Assembly: GCA_946546075.1 (NCBI GenBank)
Contig: CAMNNV010000001.1
Location: forward strand, 1-47,555
DNA: 47,555 nt
From: an uncultured Bacillota bacterium
GTDB lineage: Bacteria > Bacillota > Clostridia > Peptostreptococcales > Anaerovoracaceae
Direction: 5' to 3'
A model generated the notes under the pieces. That model was not told the DNA's origin. It did not search any database and saw nothing but the letters and a program-made list of their open reading frames with translations. A program made the position numbers and the translations under genes. Shown in pieces: positions 35,593-46,005 of the stretch (its first letter is position 1; every line of letters begins with the position of its first letter).

Positions 35593-37803
35593 ATGAGTAA
35601 TTTGCTTGACAAACTTAACGATAGACAAAAGGAAGCGGCGGCGTATATCGAGGGGCCGCTTCTTATTCTTGCAGGAGCAGGAAGCGGCAAGACGAGCACC
35701 ATGACCCACCGCATCGCTCACATGATCGAGATGGGCATCGATCCATACAATATCCTGGCTGTGACCTTTACCAACAAGGCGGCAGGTGAGATGCGGGACA
35801 GGGTGGAGGCTCTTCTGGGGGAAGCTCCGAATATGTGGATCCTGACCTTCCACTCCGCATGCCTGAGGATCCTCCGATATCACGCAGATCTTCTGGGATA
35901 CGGCAATGATTTCACCGTATACGATCCTACGGATCAGAAGACCCTCATCAAGAACATCATCAAGGAACAGAACCTGGATCAGAAGAAATTCCCTCCGGCC
36001 ATGTTCCTGTCCCAGATCAGTAAATGCAAGGAGCAGAAGCTCAGCCCGGACGGATACATCAAGACCTACGGGAGCGACTTCAAGACGGAGATCATATACA
36101 AAGTCTACAAGAGATACAATGAAGAACTGAAGAAGAACAACGCCATGGATTTCGACGATCTTCTCTGGAATGCCGTAAAGCTTCTCGAAAAGAATGCGGC
36201 GGTGCTGGCGAAGTATCAGAGGAGATTCCGGTACATCATGGTGGATGAGTATCAGGATACGAACATGCTCCAGTATCAGTTCGTCCACATGCTGGCAGAA
36301 GAAAGCCAGAACATATGCGTCGTAGGAGATGACGACCAGTGCATCTACCAGTGGCGAGGAGCAGACCTGAGAAACATCCTGGAATTCGAGAAGGATTTCC
36401 CGGCCGCCAAGGTGGTCAAACTCGAACAGAATTACAGATCCACATCGAATATCCTGGATGCTGCACACTCTGTGATCGTCCATAACAAAGGCAGGAAATC
36501 CAAGAAACTCTGGACAGGTGCAGAGCAGGGTCACAAAATCATATACAAGAGAGCCCAGGACGAAAGAGAAGAAGCCTTTTTCGTGGCATCTGAGATCAAC
36601 AGGCTCAAGACCAGCAACGTGAAGTACAGCGATTTTGCCATACTGTACAGGACGAATGCCCAGTCCAGGACCTTTGAGGAGCAGCTCTCGAGAAGGAGCA
36701 TCCCGTACAGAGTGCTCGGCGGGCTTCGCTACTACGACCGAAAAGAAATCAAAGATATCCTCTGCTATATGCGCCTCGTTCAGAACAAGAGCGATGACCT
36801 GGCTGTGACCAGAGTGATCAATGAGCCGAAGAGGGGCATTGGCGGCAAGACCATCGAGAAGCTCACGACCCTTGCACAGGTAAGGGGGTGCAGCCTCTTC
36901 GATGTCCTCACGGACAGCGACGTCATAGACTCCCTCAGCAGGAAGGCTTCCGAGGCGATCAAAGAATTCGCGGATCTGATCCTGATCCTTTCGGAAGAAA
37001 AACAGAACATGAGAGTCTCGGACATCTACGATGCACTCCTCGTCAGATCAGGATACATGAAAGCTTTGGAAGACCAGAACACCATTGAAGCGGAGTCCAG
37101 GATCGAGAACCTGATGGAATTCAAATCCGTGATCTACGATTACGAGAAGGAGAATGCCGACATCAGCCTGGCGGAATTCCTCGAAAGCGTTGCCCTTCTG
37201 GCAGAGGTGGACAACCACGATCCTTCCGAGGATGCCGTGGTGCTCATGACGATGCACAGCGCCAAGGGCCTGGAATTCACTTACGTTTTCATGCCGGGGA
37301 TGGAAGATGGATTGTTCCCGGGATGGCGCTCTCTTGATACGCCGGATGGCATAGAAGAGGAGAGAAGGCTGTGTTACGTCGGCATCACAAGGGCCAAGAA
37401 ACGGCTGTGGCTCACCAGCGCGGAAGTCAGGACCATGTACGGCAAGACGGATTTCACGCGTGAGAGCCAGTTCCTGAGAGAGATCGACCCGAAGCTCATC
37501 GAGGGCGACGGTGTCTATGAGAAGAAAAAGCAGAAGAACGAAGCACTCTTCCGATATGGATCGGGAAGCGATGCTCCGAAGAAAGATCCGTGGGGAGGCT
37601 TGGACAGGCTGAAGTATGCGAAGCAGAGCACCAAGAAGAATGCCTCCGACATGGAGGGCGGCTTCCAGCCGGGTGATAAGGTGAGACATCCTAAATTCGG
37701 CGATGGGATCGTCGCAGAAGTGACGCCAAAAGTCGTGACGGTGGATTTCGGCGGTGAGCGTAAGAAACTGGCCGTAGGATTCGCACCGCTCAAGAAGATC
37801 TAA
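35593..37803 (+). CDS. pcrA: ATP-dependent DNA helicase PcrA
   Basis: LAGAGSGKT, TFTNKAA, VDEYQDTN, VGDDDQ, LEQNYRS, HSAKGLEF, EERRLCYVGITRA. Confidence 0.95.
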   Translation: MSNLLDKLNDRQKEAAAYIEGPLLILAGAGSGKTSTMTHRIAHMIEMGIDPYNILAVTFTNKAAGEMRDRVEALLGEAPNMWILTFHSACLRILRYHADLLGYGNDFTVYDPTDQKTLIKNIIKEQNLDQKKFPPAMFLSQISKCKEQKLSPDGYIKTYGSDFKTEIIYKVYKRYNEELKKNNAMDFDDLLWNAVKLLEKNAAVLAKYQRRFRYIMVDEYQDTNMLQYQFVHMLAEESQNICVVGDDDQCIYQWRGADLRNILEFEKDFPAAKVVKLEQNYRSTSNILDAAHSVIVHNKGRKSKKLWTGAEQGHKIIYKRAQDEREEAFFVASEINRLKTSNVKYSDFAILYRTNAQSRTFEEQLSRRSIPYRVLGGLRYYDRKEIKDILCYMRLVQNKSDDLAVTRVINEPKRGIGGKTIEKLTTLAQVRGCSLFDVLTDSDVIDSLSRKASEAIKEFADLILILSEEKQNMRVSDIYDALLVRSGYMKALEDQNTIEAESRIENLMEFKSVIYDYEKENADISLAEFLESVALLAEVDNHDPSEDAVVLMTMHSAKGLEFTYVFMPGMEDGLFPGWRSLDTPDGIEEERRLCYVGITRAKKRLWLTSAEVRTMYGKTDFTRESQFLREIDPKLIEGDGVYEKKKQKNEALFRYGSGSDAPKKDPWGGLDRLKYAKQSTKKNASDMEGGFQPGDKVRHPKFGDGIVAEVTPKVVTVDFGGERKKLAVGFAPLKKI

Positions 37804-37817
37804 ATGCAGGTGTAGTC

Positions 37818-39764
37818 ATGGAAGATAAAAGAAAACGCATGGAGGAGAGGGTGGCTCTCCTGAACAAAGCGGCCCGGGTATACTACCAGGAAAGCAATGA
37901 GATCATGTCCAACCAGGAATACGATAAGCTCTACGATGAGCTCTGCGCCTGGGAAGAGGAGACAGGCATCATCCTTGCGGGAAGCCCTACACAGAAAGTA
38001 GGCTATGAGATCATCAGCAGCCTGCCAAAAGAGCAGCATCCTTCCCCGATGCTGTCCCTGGACAAGACGAAGGAGCCGGAGCAGCTGCGGACCTGGCTTG
38101 GAGACAAAGAAGGCCTCCTTTCCTGGAAGCTGGACGGCCTCACCATAGTCCTCACCTATGAAAACGGCGAGCTTACCAAGGCCGTGACGCGAGGCGACGG
38201 AGTCACCGGGGAAGTCATTACCGCCAATGCAAAAGTGTTCGACAACGTGCCCCTTAAGATCCCGCAGACCGAGCAGCTCGTCGTCAGAGGGGAAGCGGTC
38301 ATCGCATACGAAGACTTCGAAGCCATCAACGAGACTATAGGAGACGCAGACGCCAGATACAAAAACCCGCGAAACCTTTGCGCGGGGACGGTAAGGCAGC
38401 TGAACACAAAGATCACCGCGGAGCGCCACGTGAGGTTCTACGCCTTTTCTGTGGCATCCGGGATAGAACGGGACTACAGACATGAGCAGCTGGAGCATCT
38501 CAAGGAGCTGGGATTTGAAACGGTGGAGTACGTCAAAGTAGAAGGGAGCACCATCATCGGCGAGATCGATGCTTATTCTGCAAAGGTCGCGGAGTATCCT
38601 CTCCCATCGGACGGGCTCGTGCTCATATACGATGATATCGCATACGGCAGGTCTCTTGGGAGCACTGCAAAGTTTCCGAGGGATTCCATGGCCTTCAAGT
38701 GGCGCGACGAGACGAAGGAGACGGTCCTCCGGGAGATCCTGTGGAGCCCTTCCAGGACAGGCCTCATCAATCCTATCGCCGTGTTTGATCCTGTGGAGCT
38801 CGAAGGGACAACGGTGACGAGAGCTTCCGTGCATAATGTGAGCATCCTGGAGAGTCTCAAACTGAGGCCGGGAGACACGGTGACGGTATACAAAGCGAAT
38901 ATGATCATCCCGCAGATCGCGGAGAATCTGACGGGAAGCGGTCCGGATGCTTTGCCTGAGGCATGCCCTGTATGCGGTGGCAGAGCCGTGATCCGCGATG
39001 AGAAGGGGATCAAGACACTCTGGTGCGAAAACCCTGATTGTCCTGCGAAGAGAATCAAAAGCTTCGCGCATTTCGCGGGGAGAAACGCCATGAACATCGA
39101 AGGACTTTCGGAGGCGACCCTCGAGAAACTGGTGGATGAGGGCATGGTCACGGAGCCTGCAGATCTTTTCAAACTGAGCAGGTTCGAGGACAGGATCACC
39201 GGGATGGATGGATTCGGCAGAAAATCATACGAGAATCTCGTGGCGGCAGCGGAAGCAGCATCCCATACGAGTCCGGACAGACTTTTGAGCAGTCTTGGTG
39301 TGCCGGGGATCGGCTTGGCCAATGCGAAGGTGATCGCGTCCTACTGTGAGAACGATTGGAAGAAGATGCGTGCTCTTACCTGTGAGGAACTTGAGAATAT
39401 CGACGGGGTGGGCAAAGTCCTGGCGGAAGGATATGAATCCTTTTTCGCAGACCCCGCCAATGCGTCCATCGTGGATGCCCTTGAGGAAGTTCTTACATTA
39501 GATGAGACGTTCGAGCAGAGCGGGAGCGCCCTGGAGGGACTCACCTTCGTGATCACTGGTAAGGTCAATCATTTCGCCAACAGAGATGAGGCCAAGGCAG
39601 CCATCGAGGCGGCAGGAGGCAAAACGACGGGAAGCGTTACAAGCAAGACGGATTACCTTATCAATAATGATATTACTTCAACATCCGGCAAGAATAAAAA
39701 GGCTAAGGAACTCGGCATCCCGATCATAACGGAGGAAGAGCTCCTTCAGATGATGGGGGTGTAG
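37818..39764 (+). CDS. ligA: NAD-dependent DNA ligase
   Basis: MLSLDK, KLDG, TRGDG, RGE, NPRN, Zn finger CPVCG..CENPDC, C-terminal BRCT domain. Confidence 0.96.
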   Translation: MEDKRKRMEERVALLNKAARVYYQESNEIMSNQEYDKLYDELCAWEEETGIILAGSPTQKVGYEIISSLPKEQHPSPMLSLDKTKEPEQLRTWLGDKEGLLSWKLDGLTIVLTYENGELTKAVTRGDGVTGEVITANAKVFDNVPLKIPQTEQLVVRGEAVIAYEDFEAINETIGDADARYKNPRNLCAGTVRQLNTKITAERHVRFYAFSVASGIERDYRHEQLEHLKELGFETVEYVKVEGSTIIGEIDAYSAKVAEYPLPSDGLVLIYDDIAYGRSLGSTAKFPRDSMAFKWRDETKETVLREILWSPSRTGLINPIAVFDPVELEGTTVTRASVHNVSILESLKLRPGDTVTVYKANMIIPQIAENLTGSGPDALPEACPVCGGRAVIRDEKGIKTLWCENPDCPAKRIKSFAHFAGRNAMNIEGLSEATLEKLVDEGMVTEPADLFKLSRFEDRITGMDGFGRKSYENLVAAAEAASHTSPDRLLSSLGVPGIGLANAKVIASYCENDWKKMRALTCEELENIDGVGKVLAEGYESFFADPANASIVDALEEVLTLDETFEQSGSALEGLTFVITGKVNHFANRDEAKAAIEAAGGKTTGSVTSKTDYLINNDITSTSGKNKKAKELGIPIITEEELLQMMGV

Positions 39765-39766
39765 AT

Positions 39767-40771
39767 ATGTTACAAACTGGAAAACTGGACAGTGACCTTC
39801 TCAAATCACTGATATTCGGCAAGATCCGATACAGAAATGATGATGTGAAAGTAAGACCGGGTATAGGGGAGGACTGCGCCGTCGTAGGATTTGGTGAATA
39901 CGACTGTATCATGTCCACGGATCCGATCACAGCGGCAGTTGCTGATATAGGAAGGCTTGCGATACACATCACCTGCAACGATATCGCATCGAACGGTGTG
40001 CAGCCGCTGGGGATCATGCTGGCGGTGATGCTGCCGGAAGGTACGACAGAGGAAGACGTCGCTCACATCATGGGGCAGGCGGCAGATACAGCAGCCGATG
40101 TGGGTGTGGAGATCATAGGAGGTCACACGGAGGTGACTCCATCCGTGAACCAGCCGGTGATCGTTTCTACGGCGATCGGGAAGGCGGCAGCCGATGGATA
40201 CCAGAAGGGTGACGATATGACAGAAGGCGATGTGATCATGATCACAAAGGCTGTGGGTCTTGAAGGGACCGGCATACTCGCTCTCGATAGACGTGAAGAG
40301 CTGGCGGACGTTCTGACAGAAGAAGAATTAGACAGAGCCGTCAGCTTCCTCGACAGGGTCAGCGTGGTAAAAGAAGGTGTTGCGGCTTCAAAGGTCGGCA
40401 CCCACGGCATGCACGACATAACCGAAGGCGGGCTCCTTGGCGCCGTATGGGAGATGTGCCAGATCGCAGGGCTCGGAGCCGAGATCTATGAAGAAAAGAT
40501 CCCGATGGAACCGGAGACAGCCAAAGTCTGCAGACATTTTGGCGTGGATCCCCTGAGAATGATCTCCAGCGGATCCATGATGATCATCGTTCCTGCTCAT
40601 CTCGAAAAAGAAATGTATGAGGTCATGGATTATTCAAATGTGAATATCGCTTCGGTGGGGAAAATCATGCCGATAGAATCAGGGGTGAAAATCAGGCGTG
40701 GGGAAAGCCTTGAAACCGTTGAGCCTCCAACAACAGACGAACTTTACAAGGCTTTATTCAAAAATGAATAA
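39767..40771 (+). CDS. AIR synthase-related (HypE/PurM-like) protein
   Basis: GIGEDCA, STDPIT, NDIASNG, IIGGHTE, MHDITEGGL, ISSGSM. Confidence 0.85.
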   Translation: MLQTGKLDSDLLKSLIFGKIRYRNDDVKVRPGIGEDCAVVGFGEYDCIMSTDPITAAVADIGRLAIHITCNDIASNGVQPLGIMLAVMLPEGTTEEDVAHIMGQAADTAADVGVEIIGGHTEVTPSVNQPVIVSTAIGKAAADGYQKGDDMTEGDVIMITKAVGLEGTGILALDRREELADVLTEEELDRAVSFLDRVSVVKEGVAASKVGTHGMHDITEGGLLGAVWEMCQIAGLGAEIYEEKIPMEPETAKVCRHFGVDPLRMISSGSMMIIVPAHLEKEMYEVMDYSNVNIASVGKIMPIESGVKIRRGESLETVEPPTTDELYKALFKNE

Positions 40772-40787
40772 TAAAAAACAGCTATGG

Positions 40788-40827
40788 AAGAGCCATTCGT
40801 GAAAACGATGGCTTTTTTCTTTTTTTT
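40788..40827 (+). terminator. Rho-independent terminator
   Basis: AAGAGCCAT(T)CG-tgaaaa-CGATGGCTTTT followed by a long T-run. Confidence 0.8.
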
Positions 40828-41114
40828 GAAAAAAAAGGAGCCGCCGATATGAAAGATAAAAATGCCCGAATGCGTTGGAACAAGTGATTTCCAGCGATTT
40901 AGAATAAATATTTGAGATATGCACATGTGTATACTCAATTCAAATATGAATAGAAAGGAGTGGGAAAAGAAGCGTGTTTTCCCGCTTTTTTTGTTGCCTT
41001 GACGGATGTGCTCTATATCAGAAAAAACTAAGACCACCCTGAAACCGTCTGATTCCAAGGGTTCAAAGAGATTACGGCAGAAAGATGATTCGAGAAGAAA
41101 AAAGGAGATGGAGT

Positions 41115-41130
41115 TGGCACGTTCATTGCA
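41115..41130 (+). promoter_or_regulatory. sigma-54 (RpoN/SigL) -24/-12 promoter
   Basis: TGGCACG-ttca-TTGCA, an exact match to the TGGCACG-N4-TTGCW consensus, 46 nt before ATG 41177. Confidence 0.88.
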
Positions 41131-41176
41131 TTTATTAATTGTCGATATAGTTTGGAAAATTTCACGGAGGTATGAA

Positions 41177-42373
41177 ATGGCAACAAAAGACAAACCATTA
41201 GAAGGTTTAAAAGTTATCGACTTTACCAGGGTATATTCAGGCCCTTACTGCACGATGATGCTCGGCGATCTCGGTGCAGAAATCATAAAGGTGGAAAGAA
41301 AAGGTCTTGGCGATGATACTCACTTCTTCCAGCCGATCAAGGGCGACGAAAGTGGATACTTCGCATATTTCAACAGAAACAAGAAGAGTCTTTCATTAGA
41401 TCTTAAGGATCCTGACGCAGTACAGATCATCAAGGATCTTGCGAAATGGGCAGACGTAGTAGTTGAGAACTTCTCACCGGGAGTCGTAGACAGACTCGGC
41501 ATCGGTTACGAAGACCTCAAAGCTGTAAACCCTAAGATCATCTACGGATCCATCTCAGGTTTCGGTCAGACAGGCCCTTACAAATCAAAGTCAGCGTACG
41601 ACGTTATCTGCCAGGCAATGGGCGGATACATGGCAACGACAGGTGAAAAGGGCGGAAAGCCTTACAAGCTTGGTCCTTCCGCAGTTGACGGAGCTGCAGG
41701 CATCCACATGTCATTCGCGATCCTCGCAGCAGTTCTCTACAGAGAAAAGACAGGCGTAGGTCAGTACATCGATATCGGAATGATGGATACAGCAGTATCA
41801 ACTCTTGAGAACTTCCTCGTATGGTACACACTCCTCGGAGAAGCTCCTTCAAGAAACGGTAACTGCAACCTGGGATCAGCACCGTTCAATACCTTTGATT
41901 CAAAAGACGGATACGTTGCGATCGCTACAGGAAACAACAGACTTTGGAGCAAGCTCTGCAAACTGATGGACAGAGAGGAACTTCTCGAAAGACCGGGCTG
42001 GGAGACGAACAGCAGCAGAAAAGAACATGAATATGAAGTTGATGCTGAAGTTGAGAAGTGGACGAGTCAGCTTCCGACAGCAGATATCGTGAGAATGTGC
42101 GATGAAGTAGGCGTTCCTGCCGGCTCTGTAATGGAGATCGATGAGATCGCAGCTGATCCACACGTAGCAGCAAGAGACATGCTCGTAGAGATCGACCATC
42201 CGCTCCTCGGACCTGTCAAGTATCCAGGTAACCCATGCAAGTTCTCAGAGACAAGCGAATTCTGCTTCGAGCGCGCACCGCTGCTTGGCGAGCACAACGA
42301 CTACGTTCTCAAGGACATCCTGGGAATGAGCGATGAAAGAATCGAAGAACTCAAGGCAAAGGACATCTTCTAA
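41177..42373 (+). CDS. Family III (CaiB/BaiF) CoA-transferase
   Basis: PLEGLKVIDFT, GPYCTMMLGDLGAEIIKVE, NRNKKS, DVVVENFSPG, SISGFGQTGP, catalytic Asp region SAVDGAAG, APLLGEH; GGAGG SD. Confidence 0.92.
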   Translation: MATKDKPLEGLKVIDFTRVYSGPYCTMMLGDLGAEIIKVERKGLGDDTHFFQPIKGDESGYFAYFNRNKKSLSLDLKDPDAVQIIKDLAKWADVVVENFSPGVVDRLGIGYEDLKAVNPKIIYGSISGFGQTGPYKSKSAYDVICQAMGGYMATTGEKGGKPYKLGPSAVDGAAGIHMSFAILAAVLYREKTGVGQYIDIGMMDTAVSTLENFLVWYTLLGEAPSRNGNCNLGSAPFNTFDSKDGYVAIATGNNRLWSKLCKLMDREELLERPGWETNSSRKEHEYEVDAEVEKWTSQLPTADIVRMCDEVGVPAGSVMEIDEIAADPHVAARDMLVEIDHPLLGPVKYPGNPCKFSETSEFCFERAPLLGEHNDYVLKDILGMSDERIEELKAKDIF

Positions 42374-42427
42374 AGAAGTTCGATAATACAGTGTATCCAA
42401 TCAAAGAGATATATCAAGGAGGTAGAA

Positions 42428-43192
42428 ATGGATTTTTCATTGACCGGTAAGACAGCAATTGTTGTAGGCGGCGGTACTGGACTGGGATTCGGTATGGCAT
42501 CAGGTCTTGCACAGGCAGGTGCAAACGTTGTCCTCGTAAGCAGAAGACAGAACGTTATCGATGAATCTGCAGCAAAGATCGCAGAAGCTACAGGTAATGC
42601 AAACGTTGTAGGTATTTCAGCTGATATCACCAGCATCGAAAACATCAACGAACTGGTAGGAAAAGTATGTGACAAGTTTGGTCAGATCGACATACTCATC
42701 AATGGAGCAGGAGTAAACAAGAGATTCTCAGCTCTGGAGTTCACAGAAGCTGATTGGGATGTAGTTCAGAATACTCAGCTCAAGTACGTATTCTTCCTCT
42801 GTCAGGCAGTTGCTAAGCAGATGGTAGAAAAGGGCATCAAGGGCAAGATCATCAACATCGCATCACTGACAAGTGAGCTTGGTCTTCCTAACATGATTTC
42901 ATACTGCGCAGCTAAGGGAGCTATCGTTCAGATCACTAAGGCAATGGCAAATGAATGGGCTCAGTACGGCATCAATGTCAATGCGATAGGACCTGGATAC
43001 TATGAGACGGAAATGACAGCACCTCTCTTCAAGGATGAAAAGAGAGTAGCAGAGCTGTTCTCAAGAATCCCAATGAAGAAGTTCGGACTTCCTTCCGATC
43101 TTGCAGGCACAGCAGTATTCCTGGCTTCAGAAGCATCAGACTATGTTACTGGTCAGGTCATCTACGTTGACGGCGGATTCCTCTGCTGCTAA
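42428..43192 (+). CDS. Classical SDR oxidoreductase (KduD / gluconate 5-dehydrogenase-like)
   Basis: VGGGTGLG, DILINGAG, IINIAS, YCAAK, NAIGPG, VDGG. Confidence 0.9.
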   Translation: MDFSLTGKTAIVVGGGTGLGFGMASGLAQAGANVVLVSRRQNVIDESAAKIAEATGNANVVGISADITSIENINELVGKVCDKFGQIDILINGAGVNKRFSALEFTEADWDVVQNTQLKYVFFLCQAVAKQMVEKGIKGKIINIASLTSELGLPNMISYCAAKGAIVQITKAMANEWAQYGINVNAIGPGYYETEMTAPLFKDEKRVAELFSRIPMKKFGLPSDLAGTAVFLASEASDYVTGQVIYVDGGFLCC

Positions 43193-43256
43193 CGGAGTAA
43201 AGTAGTTCGTATTGTTAAATTAACATTATGTATATTTGCAAAGGAGAGTAACTAAA

Positions 43257-44693
43257 ATGATGAATGGTAACGAGTACAGAGAAAGTTTAAGAAAGATCCA
43301 CCCTGTAGTTTATTACATGGGCGAAAAAATCGAAGATGTTGTTGATCATCCAATGATCAAGCCGCACGTAAACTCAGCTGCAATGACTTACGATCTCGCT
43401 TGCGATCCTCTTTACGAGAACCTGATGACAGCAACTTCACACCTCACAGGTAAGAAAGTAAACAGATTCACACACCTGCACCAGAGCGTAGAAGACCTTG
43501 TAAACAAGGTAAAGATGATGAGAATGATCGCTCAGAAGACAGGTACTTGCTTCCAGAGATGCGTTGGCTTCGACGCTATGAATGCAACATTCATCACTAC
43601 TTACAATATCGATAAAGATCACGGAACAGAATATCACGAAAGATTCAAGAAGTGGATGACATACGTTCAGGAGAACGACCTGATGGTAGCAGGCGCTATG
43701 ACTGACGTTAAGGGCGACAGAAGTAAGAAGCCTTCAGGCCAGGCAGATCCGGACCTCTTCACTCACGTAGTTGAGAAGAGAGAAGACGGCGTTGTCATCA
43801 GAGGCGCAAAGGCTCACATGACTGGTATGGTAAACTCCCACGAAATGCTGATCCTGCCTACAACGAACCTTCTTGAGGGTGACGAAGACTACGCTATCGC
43901 ATGTGCAGTTCCTGTAGATGCTGAGGGTGTATTCCACGTATTCGGAAGACAGACTAACGACCAGAGAAGACTCCAGGGTGACATCGATACTGGTAACTCA
44001 GAGTACGCTATCGTTGGTGGTGAAACACTGACAGTTCTGGACAACGTATTCGTTCCTTGGGAAAGAGTATTCATGTGCGGAGAAGTTGAGTACGCTCAGG
44101 ACTATGTTGCAAGATTCGCAGCATATCACAGACAGAACTACGGCGGATGCAAGGTAGGTAACTCAGACGTTCTCATCGGCGCAACTTCACTGATCGCTAA
44201 GATGAACGGTGCTGCTAAGGCAAGCCACATCAAGGATAAGCTCGTTGAGATGATCCACCTGGCAGAAACAATGTACTGCTGCTCACTGGCATGCTCCTAT
44301 GAAGGCGTTAAGGTTGAAGCTGGTACATACTATGTAAATACTCTGCTTGCTAACGAAGTTAAGCTGAACTGCACAAGAAATATGTATGAGATCTCAAGAC
44401 TGGCTCACGAGATCGCAGGCGGATTCATCGCAACTCTGCCTCACGAATGGGATCTGAAGTCAGACATCACTGGTCCATACATCAAGAAGTTCTTCACAGC
44501 TAACCCTGAGTACAAGGCTGAGGACAGAATCAAGATCGCTAGACTGCTTGAGAACATGTCCGGTGGTACTGCTCTTGCAGAGTCAATGCACGGCGCAGGT
44601 TCCCCTCAGGCTATGAAGATCATGATCCAGAGAGAATCCAACATTCCTGCTAAGGAAAAACTGGCTTGCGCTCTGGCTCACGTAGAACTGTAA
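43257..44693 (+). CDS. abfD: 4-hydroxybutyryl-CoA dehydratase / vinylacetyl-CoA isomerase-like (FAD, 4Fe-4S)
   Basis: TGTCFQRCVG and HRQNYGGCK carry the 3Cys+His cluster ligands; also GAMTDVKGDRS, GAKAH and ESMHGAGSPQA. Confidence 0.88.
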   Translation: MMNGNEYRESLRKIHPVVYYMGEKIEDVVDHPMIKPHVNSAAMTYDLACDPLYENLMTATSHLTGKKVNRFTHLHQSVEDLVNKVKMMRMIAQKTGTCFQRCVGFDAMNATFITTYNIDKDHGTEYHERFKKWMTYVQENDLMVAGAMTDVKGDRSKKPSGQADPDLFTHVVEKREDGVVIRGAKAHMTGMVNSHEMLILPTTNLLEGDEDYAIACAVPVDAEGVFHVFGRQTNDQRRLQGDIDTGNSEYAIVGGETLTVLDNVFVPWERVFMCGEVEYAQDYVARFAAYHRQNYGGCKVGNSDVLIGATSLIAKMNGAAKASHIKDKLVEMIHLAETMYCCSLACSYEGVKVEAGTYYVNTLLANEVKLNCTRNMYEISRLAHEIAGGFIATLPHEWDLKSDITGPYIKKFFTANPEYKAEDRIKIARLLENMSGGTALAESMHGAGSPQAMKIMIQRESNIPAKEKLACALAHVEL

Positions 44694-44715
44694 GAAAAAT
44701 AGTCGCATAAAAACA

Positions 44716-44744
44716 GCCGGGCGGGGCATCAGCTCCAGCCCGGC
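44716..44744 (+). other. GC-rich intra-operon stem-loop without a U-tract
   Basis: GCCGGGC-GGGGC-atca-GCTCC-a-GCCCGGC between abfD and the thiolase gene. Confidence 0.6.
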
Positions 44745-44783
44745 ATTACAAAGATAGATAGGATATCAGGAGGATATTACAAA

Positions 44784-45971
44784 ATGAGAGATGTTGTAAT
44801 CGTAGAAGGTGTAAGAACAGCTACAGGCGTATTTGGCGGATCACTGAGCAAGATCCCTGCTCCTGTACATGGTGCAGAATGCGTCAAGGCTCTGGTAGAG
44901 AGAACTGGAATCGATGTAAATGAGATCGACGAAGTTATCATCGGTACTCACTTCCAGGCAGGAACAAAGGCTAACCCTGCAAGACAGTGTGCGATCTATG
45001 CAGGTCTTCCGGACACGATCCCTGCATTCACACCGAACAAGAACTGCGCTACAGCAATGAAAGCAATGCACCTGGCTGCACAGTCCATCCAGGTTGGTGA
45101 CAACGATGTCGTTATCGCAGGTGGATGCGAGACAATGAGTGCAATTCCTTATATCCTGCCAAAGGCAAGATTCGGATACAGAATGGGACCTGGACCTCTT
45201 GAAGATTCCATGCTTCACGATGGACTCGTTGACCCGTTCATGAACTATCACATGGGTATCACTGCTGAGAACGTTGCAGATAAGTGCGGCATCACAAGAG
45301 AAATGATGGATGAGTTCTCAGTAAAGAGCCACAGAAATGCAGAAAAAGCATGGGCAGAAGGCAAATATGATCAGGATATCGTTCCTATCACTTACAAAGT
45401 GAAGGGCAAGGAAATGATCTTTGACCATGATGAGACTTACAGAAAAGATGCACAGTATGAGAACTTCGCTAAGCTGAAGCCGATCTTCAAGACAGACGGC
45501 ACAGGCAGAGTTACAGCTGGTAACGCTTCCCCTGTAAACGACGGATCATGCGTAATGCTCATGATGTCAGCAGAAAAGGCTGAAGAACTGGGATACAAGC
45601 CAATCGCAAAATACGTTGCAGCTGTATCAACAGCTTTGCACCCTTCCATCATGGGTTATGCACCAGTAAGTGCAGTTGAAAAACTGTGGAAGAAGACTGG
45701 TATCGGCAAGGATCAGGTAGGTCTTTATGAGCTGAACGAAGCATTCGCAGCACAGGCTATCGCATGCGTACAGGATCTGGGACTTGACCCTGAAATCGTA
45801 AACGTTAACGGCGGAGCAGTTGCACTTGGTCATGCAGTAGGATGCACAGGCGCAAGAATCAGCCTTACTCTCATGAGAGAAATGAAGAGAAGAAACGTTA
45901 AGTACGGCATCGCATCACTTTGCATCGGCGGCGGCCAGGCAATGGCAATGATGTTCGAACTTTTAGACTAG
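44784..45971 (+). CDS. Acetyl-CoA C-acyltransferase (thiolase)
   Basis: [13 protein letters not shown] (catalytic Cys), [28 protein letters not shown]. Confidence 0.93.
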   Translation: MRDVVIVEGVRTATGVFGGSLSKIPAPVHGAECVKALVERTGIDVNEIDEVIIGTHFQAGTKANPARQCAIYAGLPDTIPAFTPNKNCATAMKAMHLAAQSIQVGDNDVVIAGGCETMSAIPYILPKARFGYRMGPGPLEDSMLHDGLVDPFMNYHMGITAENVADKCGITREMMDEFSVKSHRNAEKAWAEGKYDQDIVPITYKVKGKEMIFDHDETYRKDAQYENFAKLKPIFKTDGTGRVTAGNASPVNDGSCVMLMMSAEKAEELGYKPIAKYVAAVSTALHPSIMGYAPVSAVEKLWKKTGIGKDQVGLYELNEAFAAQAIACVQDLGLDPEIVNVNGGAVALGHAVGCTGARISLTLMREMKRRNVKYGIASLCIGGGQAMAMMFELLD

Positions 45972-46005
45972 TCGAAAACATTTCAGAATGTTGGAGGAAA
46001 CACAA

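Noticed and set aside
37800-39071. 423-aa antisense ORF over ligA, and similar long antisense or alternate-frame ORFs (17631-18632, 35560-36534, 16205-17065, 12140-12976, 27042-27872, 32931-33752)
   Set aside because: They lie opposite well-supported genes and have no motifs or SD sites. They are expected shadows of codon bias.
41006-41176. 57-aa N-terminal extension of the CoA-transferase in the ORF track
   Set aside because: It runs through the sigma-54 promoter. ATG 41177 has a GGAGG SD and matches the family N-terminus.
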